Positions 40,754 to 53,752 of a DNA stretch of 64,000 nt are shown piece after piece. The notes beneath the pieces were generated by a model. That model ran no database searches, was not told where the DNA came from, and saw nothing but the letters and a program-made list of their open reading frames with translations. Source of the stretch: Octopus sinensis (lineage: Eukaryota); assembly GCF_006345805.1 (NCBI RefSeq), contig NC_042998.1, positions 134,850,001 through 134,914,000 of the forward strand, read 5' to 3'. Made by a program: the position numbers and the translations under genes. The number at the start of each line of letters is the position of its first letter. Position 1 is the first letter of the stretch.

Positions 40754-40792
40754 GAGAAATTTGAAAAGAAAATACGAAACCGGTTATTTCTC
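40754..40792 (+). ncRNA. Minimal hammerhead, U3:A8 variant (inverted pLTR copy)
   Basis: GAGAAAT-TTGAAAA-G(aaaata)C-GAAA-CCGG-TT-ATTTCTC: 7-bp stem I, palindromic stem III ACCGGT. Confidence 0.6.
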
Positions 40793-41190
40793 CAACAACT
40801 ATGTTACTATACGCAAAATTTTATAACATTTTTCTAACATAACGATTTAAATATATTCTTTAACCATATAAGACAAGCCTTCTGTTATTTTTTCACTCTT
40901 TTTTCTCTTTTATTCTTACTTGTTTAAGTCATTGGACTGCAGCCATGCTGGGGCACCAGCTTGAAGAATTTTTGGTCGTAGAAAAATCAGCATTTTAAAC
41001 TTTAAATTTAAAGTTTTTTGTTTTCTTCTCTCAGCTCTTACAGATGAATGAGGATACGTTGACGTTTTGAACTTCCTCCGGCCGTTGAAAGTCTAGTCAT
41101 TCAAGCGTACTTACCATTTTTATGTTTCTACACATTTTTTTAAGTAAATGCTTTCCTTTTTGTTAGAATTCAGACAATATGTACATTGAG

Positions 41191-41234
<44 letters not shown>

Positions 41235-41249
41235 TGTGGTGTGTGTGTG

Positions 41250-42210
41250 TGTGTGTGTGCATTTGTGTACGACGGGCTTCTTCCAGTTTCTGTCTACCAA
41301 ATCCACTCGCAAGGCTTTGGTCGGCCCGAGGCTATAGAAGAAATCACTTACCTAAGGTGCCACGCAGTAGTACTAAACCCGGAACTATGTGGTTGGGAAG
41401 CAAGCTTGTTACCATATAGAAACGATGTGATGTGTGTCAGAATGTATGAGTGCGTGCGCCCACTATTTTTACCTTTTTAACATTAAATTACGTTAGAATC
41501 GTAATCTACACCATATGAAAGCTATCTGGAGATTACATTAAAAAATATCCGTTTTTCTGAAAGTTATTAAGAAACACAATCATTGTAGGATACACTTGCG
41601 TATATGTATATGCCTTGTAGGGCGACCGTGGAATGAATATCATCTGTGTGGCTGAGAGAACATTCGAGCATAATGTAAAAACCATGATGTTACAATTTGT
41701 TTTCAAATTTTGGCAGAAGACCTGAAATTTGGCGGGGACAGGGCTAGCTGTTTTTCGTTGACCCCAGTATTCAATTAATACTTATTTTATCGACCCCGAA
41801 AGAGATGAAAAGTAAAGTCAAATTCAGCGGAATTTGAGCTCGGAACACAAAGCCGACAGAAATGTCGCAAAGCATTTTGTCCGGTGTGATAACGGTTCAG
41901 CCATCTCGGCGCCTATTTTGATGTATAATCTTAATATATAAAAAGTGAATACATGTTTCAAATTGAAGGTCACTGTCTCGCACATGGGTCTCTGAAATTC
42001 TGCATAGGATGATATATATTCACGAAGGTCATAGAGTATATGCTTTTTTTTTTTCTGAGACTTTCCATAAACTTGGAGAAGGCTGGGTATTAATGTTAGT
42101 TCAATATAAAAAAAATATTAAGAAAAACTTTAGATAATTTCGGTAAAACACAATAAAATATAATTAATCTCTAACAACAGTTTACTGTTTTCCGAAAGAA
42201 GCTAAAAATA
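41250..42210. repeat. About 1-kb segment duplicated at about 47680-48610
   Basis: Two SINE remnants plus the unique spacer between them are collinear in both copies. Confidence 0.9.
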
Positions 42211-43080
42211 TGCAGAATAATGTCTTTGCCACTTGACCCTTCTAACCTCTTCTAGGCCACCAAAAACTAGAATAGAGATATCAGACCGCCAACGAAATCT
42301 ATTGTTCTCAACAATATGTCTCTCTTTCTAACTAGTTTGGAAAATTATAAATACTACCACACCGTAGGAAAAAGCTAGAGGGCAAAAAGGAGATGACGTA
42401 GAGGTGACCACAGGCAGAATCCAGTTGGTGAGATTATTCAACTGAGAGAAGGCTTACAGTGAGGATGTCAACTATGATACAGTGTTTTATCACAACACCA
42501 TTGCTGTTTAAATGTCAGCCACCATGAAGGTATCATTTTATCGACTCACTTCATTTAACATTCACTCTATCTTCCTCTAGAAGTTGACCAAACATAAACA
42601 GCAACAGCATACAAGAAAAGATAACTATTCTTTTTATTTGACACATACACCTGCCCGTCGAAGCAAGGCATTATACAAAGTAACGCTAAATAAGTATTTC
42701 CTTAAAACTTCGATCGTTGTCTTCCATCTGGCATTTTGGCAACCAGCACCTCAACAACAAGCGTTACAAATTGTTGACTCTCGACTGTATCGAAGTATAT
42801 ATATATATATTTAACAGATGGATACATTAGTAAATATATATATACATATATTTTTGAGCTCATTTTTTTTGTTTATCGCTCGAAGATTGACCGTTATTTC
42901 TAAAGGGCCAATCAAACAAGTCCATTTTTTTAAAGGTGTAGCGTTTGTAAGAGTCTGGATTGAATTGATATATCGGTTCCATTCTAGCAAAAACTGTCTG
43001 ATGAACGGCAACGAGAAACTCAGAGTAACAGATTTTGTTGAATTTTCTGCTGCTTTAAATAAAGTATATATATATATATC

Positions 43081-43528
43081 TCTTATTATAAAAGGCAGAT
43101 TTTAGCTGCCTCCCTTTGGGAGTTATAGAAATCTACAATATAGGATTTCTTCAATTACAATTTACCTAGCATTTTTGAGAGTACAATGCATCGCGTCATG
43201 CCAGGTCCAGTTTTTAAAATTTAAACTCCAATTAAGCAAAATTTACAGAAAACTCACATTCTGGTGTGTGTGTCAAATGCTTTTCTTAGTCTGGTTTACA
43301 CCACACGCAAACGCACACACACAGTGGGCAACGAATAAAATGAAAGTAAATAGCGACAGAGTTATTTGAGGAAGACTAAAGTGAAAGTATTCTGTCTATG
43401 ACGCTGATAGATACATGAGTAAAATGTATGGGAAGCTAAGAGCTAAGAGCTAAGAGTGAGGGAAAATGTTCTTGGAAGAGAGTAATTAGTAATAAAGTAA
43501 ACATACATACATACATACATACATACAT

Positions 43529-43563
<35 letters not shown>

Positions 43564-43776
43564 TACACACACACATACATACACACACACATACATACAC
43601 ACACACATACATACATACATATATATACATACATACATATACATACATACATACACACACACATACACACACACACAGTATTGAAGCTTGAGAACAATCA
43701 GATACATTTGCAACACATCTGTTGAAAATATTATTGTTCACACACATACATATACATATATACATACAGACAGACA

Positions 43777-43822
<46 letters not shown>

Positions 43823-45294
43823 ATCCAGCATGGCCACAACCTCAAGGCTGAAACATATAAAAGAATAACAGAATATAAATGTGTGCAAAGTACAAGAAAT
43901 ATTAATGCAGTATATGGGGATTGGACAATAAGCGTAAGGCAGTGTCAATGGTGGTTCCAGAAATCCCGAGCCATAAACTACAGCCTAGAAGACGAGCCTC
44001 ATCCTGAAAGATCTGTAGAACTCGACAAGGACATCCTGAAAACCATGGTGGAACAAAATATCATCGTAACTGTTGAGGAACTAGCAGAGAAGCTTGGATT
44101 TGGTCATTCAACCATTCATTGAGACCTGTGTGCTATCGGAAAAGTCAGCAAATTGGGTCAATGGGTTCCTCACGAACTTTCCGAGTCTAATTGCATGCAG
44201 AGAGTGAATGTATGCTTTTCTTTGCTGTCATATCTCACCACTACTGCGCTATGTATATCTATATATATAAAACTGTAGTTGTGTGAGTGTCTGTCCCCTT
44301 CGATTTAGATTCCTAACTACTCCCACATTTTGCGGTACAGTTTAACCAAATTCGGGTAGCTTATAGTCGTGATTCATATCGAGCCCGTCTGGGTATTAGC
44401 GCGCGTCTACGATGAGTCTACGATTTTAAAAATAATTTAACATCATTTTTTATTCCATTTTAATGCATAATTTTTCGTGTGTCGATGGCGGCGGAGTTGG
44501 CGTCCACGCTCACACCTGCACCTGTGGGGAAGGGAGTGTAAGGAAATCAACGTCGTAATGCGTTGTCAAGGAGACCAGTGTTCTTTTAGAACGACTTCAT
44601 GGCTTGAAGACACCAAAACAGAAATGGCTAAGAAAGCGTCTACATGAGTCTACGATTTAAAAAAAAATTTACCATCGTTTTTTTTCCATTTTAATGCATT
44701 TTTTCGCTATTATATAAGGGAAGTAACTCTCTAAAAATGTCTACGATGAGTCAACGATTTAAAAAAAAATTTACCATCATTTTTTCCTATTTTTTGGCTA
44801 TAACTCTCTAAAAATGGTTTATAGTTATTTCCCTTACAAACCCGAGCAACGCCGGGCGATACTGCTAGTCTTATTATAAAAGGCAGATTTTATCTGCCTC
44901 CCTTTGGGAGTTATACAAATCTACAATATAGGATTTCTTCAATTACAATTTACCTAGCAATTTTAAGAGTACAATGCATCGCGTCATGCCAGGTCCAGTT
45001 TTTAAAATTTAAACTCCAATTAAGCAAAATTTACAGAAAACTCACATTCTGGTGTGTGTGTCAAATGCTTTTCTTAGTCTGGTTTACACCACACGCAAAC
45101 GCACACACACAGTGGGCAACGAATAAAGTGAAACTAGATGTAATATTTGTTTCTCTCTATCACGCTGATAGATACATGAGTAAAATGTATGGGAAGCTAA
45201 CACATAAGTGTGAGTGAAAATGTTCTTGGAAGAGAGTAAATAGCCAGAGATAGTGATTTGAGGAACACTCATACATACATACAACATACATACA

Positions 45295-45325
<31 letters not shown>

Positions 45326-45529
45326 TACATACATACACACACACATACATACATACACACATACATACATACATACATATACATACATACATACACACAC
45401 ACACACATACACACACACACAGTATTGAAGCTTGAGAACAATCAGATACATTTGCAACACATCTGTTGAAAATATTATTGTTCACACACATACATATACA
45501 TATATACATACAGACAGACAGACAGATAG

Positions 45530-45560
<31 letters not shown>

Positions 45561-45651
45561 ATCCAGCATGGCCACAACCTCAAGGCTGAAACATATAAAA
45601 GAATAACAGAATATAAATGTGTGCATGTGTGTGTGAGAGAGAGTGCGTGTG

Positions 45652-45683
<32 letters not shown>

Positions 45684-46809
45684 TGTATGTATGTATGTAT
45701 GTATGTATGTATGTATATATAATAATGCGGTTTTTTCAACAGCTTGAACTAAAAGTCAGAGGGGAATGGGATAAACAACTTATATTAACTTGCTATAAAA
45801 GCAGGTAGTAATTTTATCTTGTCCTTATTCATAGCGCAAGTTTTGAAGAGTGCATTTCGATTTTAACAGCTATTTTTTTCAAAGCTATATTGGAACAGCC
45901 TAGAAGACGAGCCTCATCCTGAAAGATCTGTAGAACTCGACAAGGACATCCTGAAAACCCTGGTGGAACAAAATCTCATCGTAACTGTTGAGGAACTAGC
46001 AGAGAAGCTTGGATTTGGTCATTCAACCATTCATTGAGACCTGTGTGCTATCGGAAAAGTCAGCAAATTGGGTCAATGGGTTCCTCACGAACTTTCCGAG
46101 TCTAATTGCATGCAGAGAGTGAATGTATGCTTTTCTTTGCTGTCATATCTCACCACTACTGCGCTATGTATATCTATATATATAAAACTGTAGTTGTGTG
46201 AGTGTCTGTCCCCTTCGATTTAGATTCCTAACTACTCCCACATTTTGCGGTGCAGTTTAACCAAATTCGGGCAGCTTATAGTCGTGATTCATATCGAGCC
46301 CGTCTGAGTATTAGCGCGCGTCTACGATGAGTCTACGATTTTAAAAATAATTTAACATCATTTTTTATTCCATTTTAATGCATAATTTTTCGTGTGTCGA
46401 TGGCGGCGGAGTTGGCGTCCACGCTCACACCTGCACCTGTGGGGAAGGGAGTGTAAGGAAATCAACGTCGTAATGCGTTGTCAAGGAGACCAGCGTTCTT
46501 TTAGAACAACGACTTCATGGCTTGAAGACACCAAAACAGAAATGGCTAAGAAAGCGTCTACATGAGTCTACGATTTAAAAAAAAATTTACCATCGTTTTT
46601 TTTCCATTTTAATGCATTTTTTCGCTATTATATAAGGGAAGTAACTCTCTAAAAATGTCTACGATGAGTCAACGATTTTTCAAAAAATTTACCATCATAT
46701 TTTTTCCATTTTTAATGCATTTTTTGCTATTTTTTGGCTATAACTCTCTAAAAATGCTTATATAGTTATTTCCCTTACAAACCCGAGCAACGCCGGGCGA
46801 TACTGCTAG
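43081..46809 (+). mobile_element. Tandem pair of composite Helitron units (43081-44868, 44869-46809)
   Basis: Both start TCTTATTATAAAAGGCAG and end cccgagcaacgccggg...CTAG; junction CTAG|TC at 44868/44869; internal Helitrons at 44258-44868 and 46173-46809. Confidence 0.8.
43870..44240 (+). pseudogene. Mariner N-terminal (HTH, WVPHEL) fragment within the Helitron unit; second copy at 45897-46160
   Basis: RNINAVYG...QWWFQK...LEDEPH...VEELAEKLG...GQWVPHEL. Confidence 0.85.
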
Positions 46810-46810
46810 T

Positions 46811-47175
46811 ATATATATATAAACGGCAAAAGTGTCTGTCTGTGTGTGTCCTTTATACAAATCCACAATTTTTCAGTTAGGCGGCTCGCACTTTCTATGG
46901 TCATTGAAAACCGTCCAAGGGTGGTCGTGCACATCTGTACATTTCCCCAATCATCCCGCAATGCCATTAAAAAATCAATAGAAGTGAATTTTTAGTGAAT
47001 TTTCTATCCAAAGCCCAATCAAAATGCCCGAAACTTGATACGCCAATTGAATGCCAGCTAGCTGTATGTGATTGGTCGGAGATTTGGAGAGTACTCGTGT
47101 GTATGTGCGCACGCATGCAACTGTGTATGCATGCACTAGCACTATGATCCGGCAACGCCGAGTCATAGTGCTAAA
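46811..47175 (+). mobile_element. Non-autonomous Helitron abutting the tandem
   Basis: (TA)nAAACGGC head; 3' cggcaacgccg hairpin followed by GCTAA. Confidence 0.55.
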
Positions 47176-48629
47176 ATTCAATTTAGAAATATTAAATCAA
47201 ATTTCACACAATATAATATATATATATAAAATCATTGAAATTTTATTATTTTTAATTTAAATATTTCTAATATATGTAATTCTCTGGATGGTGTAATTTA
47301 ATTGTTCATTTTGAATTGATAAAAGGTGGGTTTTTTCTAATTTTTTATATATACATGTATATATCTTTTACTTGTTTCGGTCATTTGACAGCAGTTATGC
47401 TAGAACACCGCGTTAGTCGAAGAAATCGATTTCAAGACATTTTTGTAAGCCTATTATTTATTCTATCGCTCTCTTTCGCAGAACCGCTAAGTTACGGGGA
47501 CATAAACACAGCAGCATCTGTTGTCAAGGGATGGTGGGGTACAAACAAGACACACACACACACAAATATATACATACATATATGTGTGTGTATATGTGTG
47601 TACATATATATATGTGTGTGTGTATATATTATGTGTGTGTGTATACGTGTGTGTGTGTGTGTGTGTGCATGTGTGCATGTGTGTACGACGGGTTTCTTCC
47701 AGTTTCTGTCTACCAAATCCACTCACAAGGCTTTGGTCGGCCCGAGGCTATAGTATAAGTCACTTGCCCAAGGTGCCACGCAGTGGGACTGAACCCGGAA
47801 CTATATTGTTGGGAAGCAAGCTTGTTACCATATAGAAACGATGTGATGTGTGTCAGAATGTATGAGTGCGTGCACCCACTATTTTTACCTTTTTAACATT
47901 AAATTCCATTAGAACCGTAATCTACACCATATGAAAGCTATCTGGAGATTACATTAAAAAATATCCGTTTTTCTGAAAGTTATTAAGAAACACAATCATT
48001 GTAGGATACACTTGCGTATATGTATATGTCTTGTAGGGCGACCATGGAATGAATATCATCTGTGTGGCTGAGAGAACATTCGAGCATAATGTAAAAACCA
48101 TGATGTTACAATTTGTTTTCAAATTTTGGCAGAAGACCTGAAATTTGGCGGGGACAGGGCTAGCTGTTTTTCGTTGACCCCAGTATTCAATTAATACTTA
48201 TTTTATCGACCCCGAAAGAGATGAAAAGTAAAGTCAAATTCAGCGGAATTTGAGCTCGGAACACAAAGCCGACAGAAATGTCGCAAAGCATTTTGTCCGG
48301 TGTGATAACGGTTCAGCCATCTCGGCGCCTATTTTGATGTATAATCTTAATATATAAAAAGTGGATGCATGTTTCATATTGAAGGTCACTGTCTCGCACA
48401 TGGGTCTCTGAAATTCTGCATAGGGTGATATATATGCACGAAGGTCATAGAGTATATGCTTTTTTTTTCTGAGACTTTCCATAAACTTGGGAGAAGGCTA
48501 GGTATTAATGTTAGCTCAATATTAAAAAAATATTAAGAAAAATTTTAGATAATTTCGGTAAAACAAAGAAATATAAATAATCACTAACAATAGTTTACTG
48601 TTTTCCGAAAGCTAAAAATATGCGATGTT

Positions 48630-48770
48630 TACGAACCACATGGTTCCGGGTTCAAGTCCCTCTACGTGTACCTTGGGCAAATGTCTTCTACCATAGTCTC
48701 GGTCCGACCAAAGTCTTGTGAGTGGATTTGGTAGACGGAAACTGAAAGAAGGCCGTCGCATATATGTATA

Positions 48771-48807
<37 letters not shown>

Positions 48808-49067
48808 GCATGTGTGTGTGTGTGTATGTGTGTGTGTGTGTGTGTGCGTGCATGTGTGTGTATGTGTGTGCTTGTTTGTGTGTCTATGTTTGTCCCCCCA
48901 ACATCGCTTGACAACCGATGCTGGTGTGTTTACGTCCCCGTAACTTAGCGGTTCGGCAAAAGAGACCGATAGAATAAGTATTAGGCTTACAAAGAATAAG
49001 TCCTGAGGTCGAGTTGCTCGAGCATGGCCACAGTCAAATGACTGAAACAAGCAAAAGAGAGTAAAGA

Positions 49068-49070
<3 letters not shown>
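48630..49070 (+). mobile_element. Family-B tRNA-derived SINE (another copy on minus at about 47340-47830)
   Basis: B-box-like ggttcaagtcc, conserved body and central (TG)n; many decayed copies in THADA introns. Confidence 0.85.
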
Positions 49071-49130
<60 letters not shown>

Positions 49131-49136
<6 letters not shown>

Positions 49137-49865
49137 AACTGCATGCAGGTATACCGTGGATTCGATCCTCGATAGCCAAATTTCACTTAACAGTTCAGCT
49201 CCACTTTTCTCGCGGTAAAACAGTAGTTTTTCTGTGAGTGACGGCTGTTACATTTGCCAGATGCCTTCGCTAAGCCTTCTAACCCTTCTAACCTTTTCTA
49301 GGCCTCCATAAACTAGAATAGAGATAACAGAACGCCAACGAGATCTATTGTTCTCAACAATATTCTTCTAGCTTGTTTTGGATAGTTATAAATACTAGAA
49401 TTTGGTAACACAAAATCAATTAGTGAGAACGACCATCAGTTAGCGAACAGAGATCAACGACTCATGGTCACAAGCAGGCAACCACAATCGGCCAGAGGGA
49501 GAAAGAGGGTTACAACCAGCCAACTATGAGACACAACTTCCTTCGACTTTATAACTTTCACTTGCTCACTTTCTTTTCTCTTACGACATCATGCTATCTC
49601 TGTCTATGGTTTACTACTACAATAAGCACGTGTACACACATACCGGCCGAAATTAACTCTTTTTGCCTCGGATGCTTTTCCATTTACTAATTATATATAC
49701 CAACCCGTCGTGGTTTTGGATATATATATATAAAGTAACGGTAAATAAATATTTCTATACAACTTCGATCACTGTTCTTCTTTCATCTTGCACATCTGCA
49801 ACAACAACACCCGTTACAATCGCTAACTGCCAACTCCAACATATATCATAATACCAACCGTTACA
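49131..49865 (+). mobile_element. Probable solo LTR in a (TA)/(CATA) tract; diverged relative at about 42220-42790
   Basis: TGTAGT...GTTACA termini; shares ctaaccttttctaggcc...ctagaatagagata with 42240-42320. Confidence 0.55.
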
Positions 49866-49944
49866 TACATACATACATACATACATATATACATACATAC
49901 ATACATACATACATACATACATACATACATACATACATACATGC

Positions 49945-49988
<44 letters not shown>

Positions 49989-51530
49989 ATAAACATCGTT
50001 GCTTATCAATGGTTACCGTTGCGTTAAAAGCATCGTAGGGAAAATTTCTCTGGAGATAGAATGTTTATTCACAGATGAATTGAACTCTGTACAATAGACT
50101 GGTTTTTCTGCAGTCGTTGTTATTGCTATAGACAGTGATGAAGTATATGATCGATCATGTGATAGTCAATTCCACTTAATTGCATAACATCGGTGATTGA
50201 ATATCTTATGCAGTTAACCGGAGTATGCAATTAACCGGATTTGGCTAATAAACGATAAATTACGATACTTCAAAATATTGTCAGTTGCTGTTTAGCTTCA
50301 GGTCAAGCTTTACTCAGTAGATTTATGATCAAAGGTTTTCCAATGAGGACTATCGTGTTTATTTAGTACCTAGAACTTTAAAAGCATATATTGCAAAGAT
50401 ATAATTAATTCGTTATTAATTCATTTTTATACAGCTTCTGTCTATTTTACAATTTTTGCACAGTTTACAAACTATTGCGCACAGGACTTTAAACACTTGT
50501 CATTCATTCACACAAGAATATTCAAGCTAACTTCATAATAAAATCTAGTATATTCAGTTTCATTAGGCGATCGAATCTTAGTTGCTGTTGGAAATAAGTT
50601 CATTTTTGGTATACAATGAACATCCCTTGGATTAAAGTAACTAAAAGAAGGACGTAATATTATATAGTGTGATAGCAAAAGGAAATCATTATCAAACAGT
50701 CTTAAAAGAACAGAAGGTTCACTTAACTCGAAAACTATAACTGCCTCTGTGATTCGAATTTAATCACAAAATCAATCATTTTCTTTTATAATAAAATTTT
50801 CTGTCACTTGCTTTGACTATGGTTCAAGGTATTATCTGTAATTTTCAATGTTCCCAGAAACTTGCAAGAATATAAACATCAGGATTAAACAATCAGTTTC
50901 ATTAACATCTACAAGCTGATCGTCTGCCAACATCTACAAGTTAATCAATCTTCTGCCATGTCATATAACAATATTCAAAGAGCTAAATTCATTATAATAA
51001 CAACGTTGTCTAAGATTCTCAATAACTTTTTGGCTCTTTAGTATATTGTAAAATAATACATTGCACGAATTCATGAGTCCTTAAAGTCCTTATCGAGAAG
51101 CTTCTAATACAACTTTCATCTCTATTTCACTTATGGTGCGGTTTTCCGTTTTTTCTATCTTCGTCCATAAAGAAAATGAAATAGTTCACAATTCATATGC
51201 CTTAACATTTCTGGTAGATCATTGCTAGTATATTTATTGATGTAATTTGAAATCCGACTTATGATTTCTGGAAATTGACAAATGGTAAAAACAAATCAGA
51301 TTAATACCGATCGAAACTTTTCAAATCGTCCAGATTTCGAAATGGAAGGTGTAAACATTACTTGCTCGATCTTAAATGAAGTCTTCTGAAAGAATTAACA
51401 CTGTATTTTGAGGGGCATGAAAACTTTACGTTTCTTCTTTTATCGGAGAAAACGAAAACAGAACATTTCAAAAACAGACACTCCTTGGTAATCTAAAAAC
51501 TTCGCCCCACAAAGTTACCTTTCGATTACC

Positions 51531-51750
51531 AAAGTATCCACAATGTCTTGTAATCAAAATATCCACAACGTTTAGATATTTTTCGATATTGAAAATATCT
51601 TCAACGTTCAGATTATTTCTTGATATTGAAAATAACCACAATGTCTAGATATTTCTCAAGAATCAAGTATCTAACAACGTCTAGTTCCCGGTTCTCAAAG
51701 AATCCGCAATATCTGGATACTTATCGATAATGAAAATATCCACTCTGGGT
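51531..51750. repeat. About 36-bp degenerate minisatellite (about 6 units) just 3' of the OTU stop codon
   Basis: Repeated aaaatatccacaa(c/t)gt..agata.ttt... Confidence 0.8.
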
Positions 51751-51755
51751 AGCTT

Positions 51756-52391
51756 TCAGAAGAATTTCAAGAAATTACCACGTGAAAATGGTGGGGGATA
51801 ATCTGTATTATCGAATTGATCACAAGGAACAATCCTATCGAAATGTGTTCCTTCTGTATGACATAATAATATATATGATTTGTCATTTTTCGGAGACTTC
51901 GTGGGTTTAAAATGATACCATTGGTATTTTTTGTTTATAACAGGCGTAAAAAGGTAAATAGTTTCCCCTGTAAATTGAGCAGCTGCAAATACCTCCGCAG
52001 TAGTAGCCCAAACTTTGTTCATACGCATTTTATCTACATGCTCCTCTATACTTTCATTATCGTCTAAAAACTTTATGTAATGTAGAGGCTTCGTTTCTAT
52101 TAGATCGACTATTTTGTTCCTGTAGGATATATGATGTTTTTCAACTCCTGATATTTCTTTACTCAGGGCTCTAAAAAAACAATTGCCATCTCCTGATATA
52201 AAGTCGATTCGACGTTCAATTTTAGCTAAAATACGTTCTAGCTGGATGTAAGATTTATCCCTTGGTGGGATTCGAATCTTTGAGGAATTATGTGATGAAC
52301 CAGACGAGTTTTCTGATGCCCGCCCAATTGAACTGGAACGGTGTCTTCTTTTCGTTGGTATATCGCATCTAGTAGCCTCTCTTCGTTTCAT
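51756..52391 (-). CDS. Intronless OTU-family cysteine protease (putative deubiquitinase), 211 aa
   Basis: ISGDGNCFFRALS (Asp/Cys loop), W-ATTAE, HFD (His loop); no stops or frameshifts; an in-frame stop 4 codons upstream fixes the ATG. Confidence 0.85.
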   Translation of the reverse strand: MKRREATRCDIPTKRRHRSSSIGRASENSSGSSHNSSKIRIPPRDKSYIQLERILAKIERRIDFISGDGNCFFRALSKEISGVEKHHISYRNKIVDLIETKPLHYIKFLDDNESIEEHVDKMRMNKVWATTAEVFAAAQFTGETIYLFTPVINKKYQWYHFKPTKSPKNDKSYILLCHTEGTHFDRIVPCDQFDNTDYPPPFSRGNFLKFF

Positions 52392-53752
52392 TGAGTATAT
52401 TTAATTTTGTTGCTGTCTTCTGCTGCTAGCTTAAAAGACAAAGCTAGTTATGACGAAAGAACCATTAATTTGTCTAACCAAAGGGGAAATTATTGTATTG
52501 CAAGACTCGTTAATCAAGCACAATATATTTCAGGTAAATTACAGTTCTTTGCTGATAAACCTGTTACAAAATACTCTTTGGCATTGCCCGAATTAGCTAC
52601 CATGACTTACTTTCAGACCATGGTTTTTCAAGCTAATCGCCATTAACTTAGTGATATCATTCTTCGTTACATTGCAATAGTGAAGAAACGTCACAATATG
52701 TCGATTATGTCTAATTTACGTCACATTGTGAATTTATTTATAAAAAAAAAAAACACTTGTTTCAAAAATGTCATATTTCTTCGATAATCTCATATTTTTT
52801 CGACTTTGATTGTTTGGTCAAATGTCCCATTAAGTTATTGTCCGCCTAACACATATTCACTATATAAAACATACCATTTGGATTGAAAACTAATTGGTTA
52901 TACAATCATCATTGGCTTTTTCGTCATTACTAAAAAAAAAAACAAACTAAATTCTCGTTTTCAATTTTGAATTTTTTAGACAACTTCGATTATCGAGATA
53001 ACGAGACTCAGTAATGTATTCACAAACAACACATACCTAAATAACCAGAATTTTAAAACTCTTCAAAATAAAAATGCATTGGGCGACAAGGAATATGTTA
53101 AGACTAAATACATACATATTTCAAGTTAATGTTCATATTATTCACATTTGTATAACTAGGCACAATAGCTTAGTTTGTAGCATAAAAGGGTTTCAAAATT
53201 TATGACGATTTACTCAACATGTTTATTAATATCTGCAGTGTACACTGTTTGTATATGTAAGTACTGTATTCTATGTTTTACCGTTTGTACAAAATGTTAG
53301 TGGATCCCAGATACATTTGCACACATGCACGCACGCGCACACACATACATACTCACACATACACACATAGACACGCAAATGCAAACATACATACATACAT
53401 ACATACATACATACATACATACATACATACATACATACATACATACATACATACATGAAGCGGATAACTATAGACAACTACATCGAAACCTTCTGCTTCT
53501 ATACCCACGTTATACATTCACATTTATACCAATAATAATTGGCGTACTTGATTTTGTTAGTAAATGCCAAAGTGACGATTTGAAAAGGCTAGAATTGCCA
53601 GAAAAAAAAATTAACCACCTAACTCGCACATTAAAAATGTAATCAATTAGAGGAACAGTAAAAGTATGCAAAACTTTTCTCAAGTTCAAAATGTAACATT
53701 GCTTTTGTTATCTCCATTTCAACGTTGAAGGCTTATATCTTTTTTAGAATTT

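Larger units (their letters stand above)
38720..40905 (-). mobile_element. 5'-truncated Penelope-like retroelement with inverted pseudo-LTR
   Basis: RT RFLDDCFILW (about 40330); GIY-YIG region CGRPNCATC...CASENLIYVIRCSGC; 40452-40905 is the reverse complement of about 38905-39360. Confidence 0.9.

Noticed and set aside
43436-45808. Long CV/HT/MY-rich ORFs (also at 41186, 47487-47835, 48612-49179 and 53271-53642)
   Set aside because: (CA)n/(CATA)n microsatellite translations
51531-51750. Regular repeats of about 36 bp resembling a CRISPR array
   Set aside because: No unique spacers, degenerate tandem units, eukaryotic context, no cas genes
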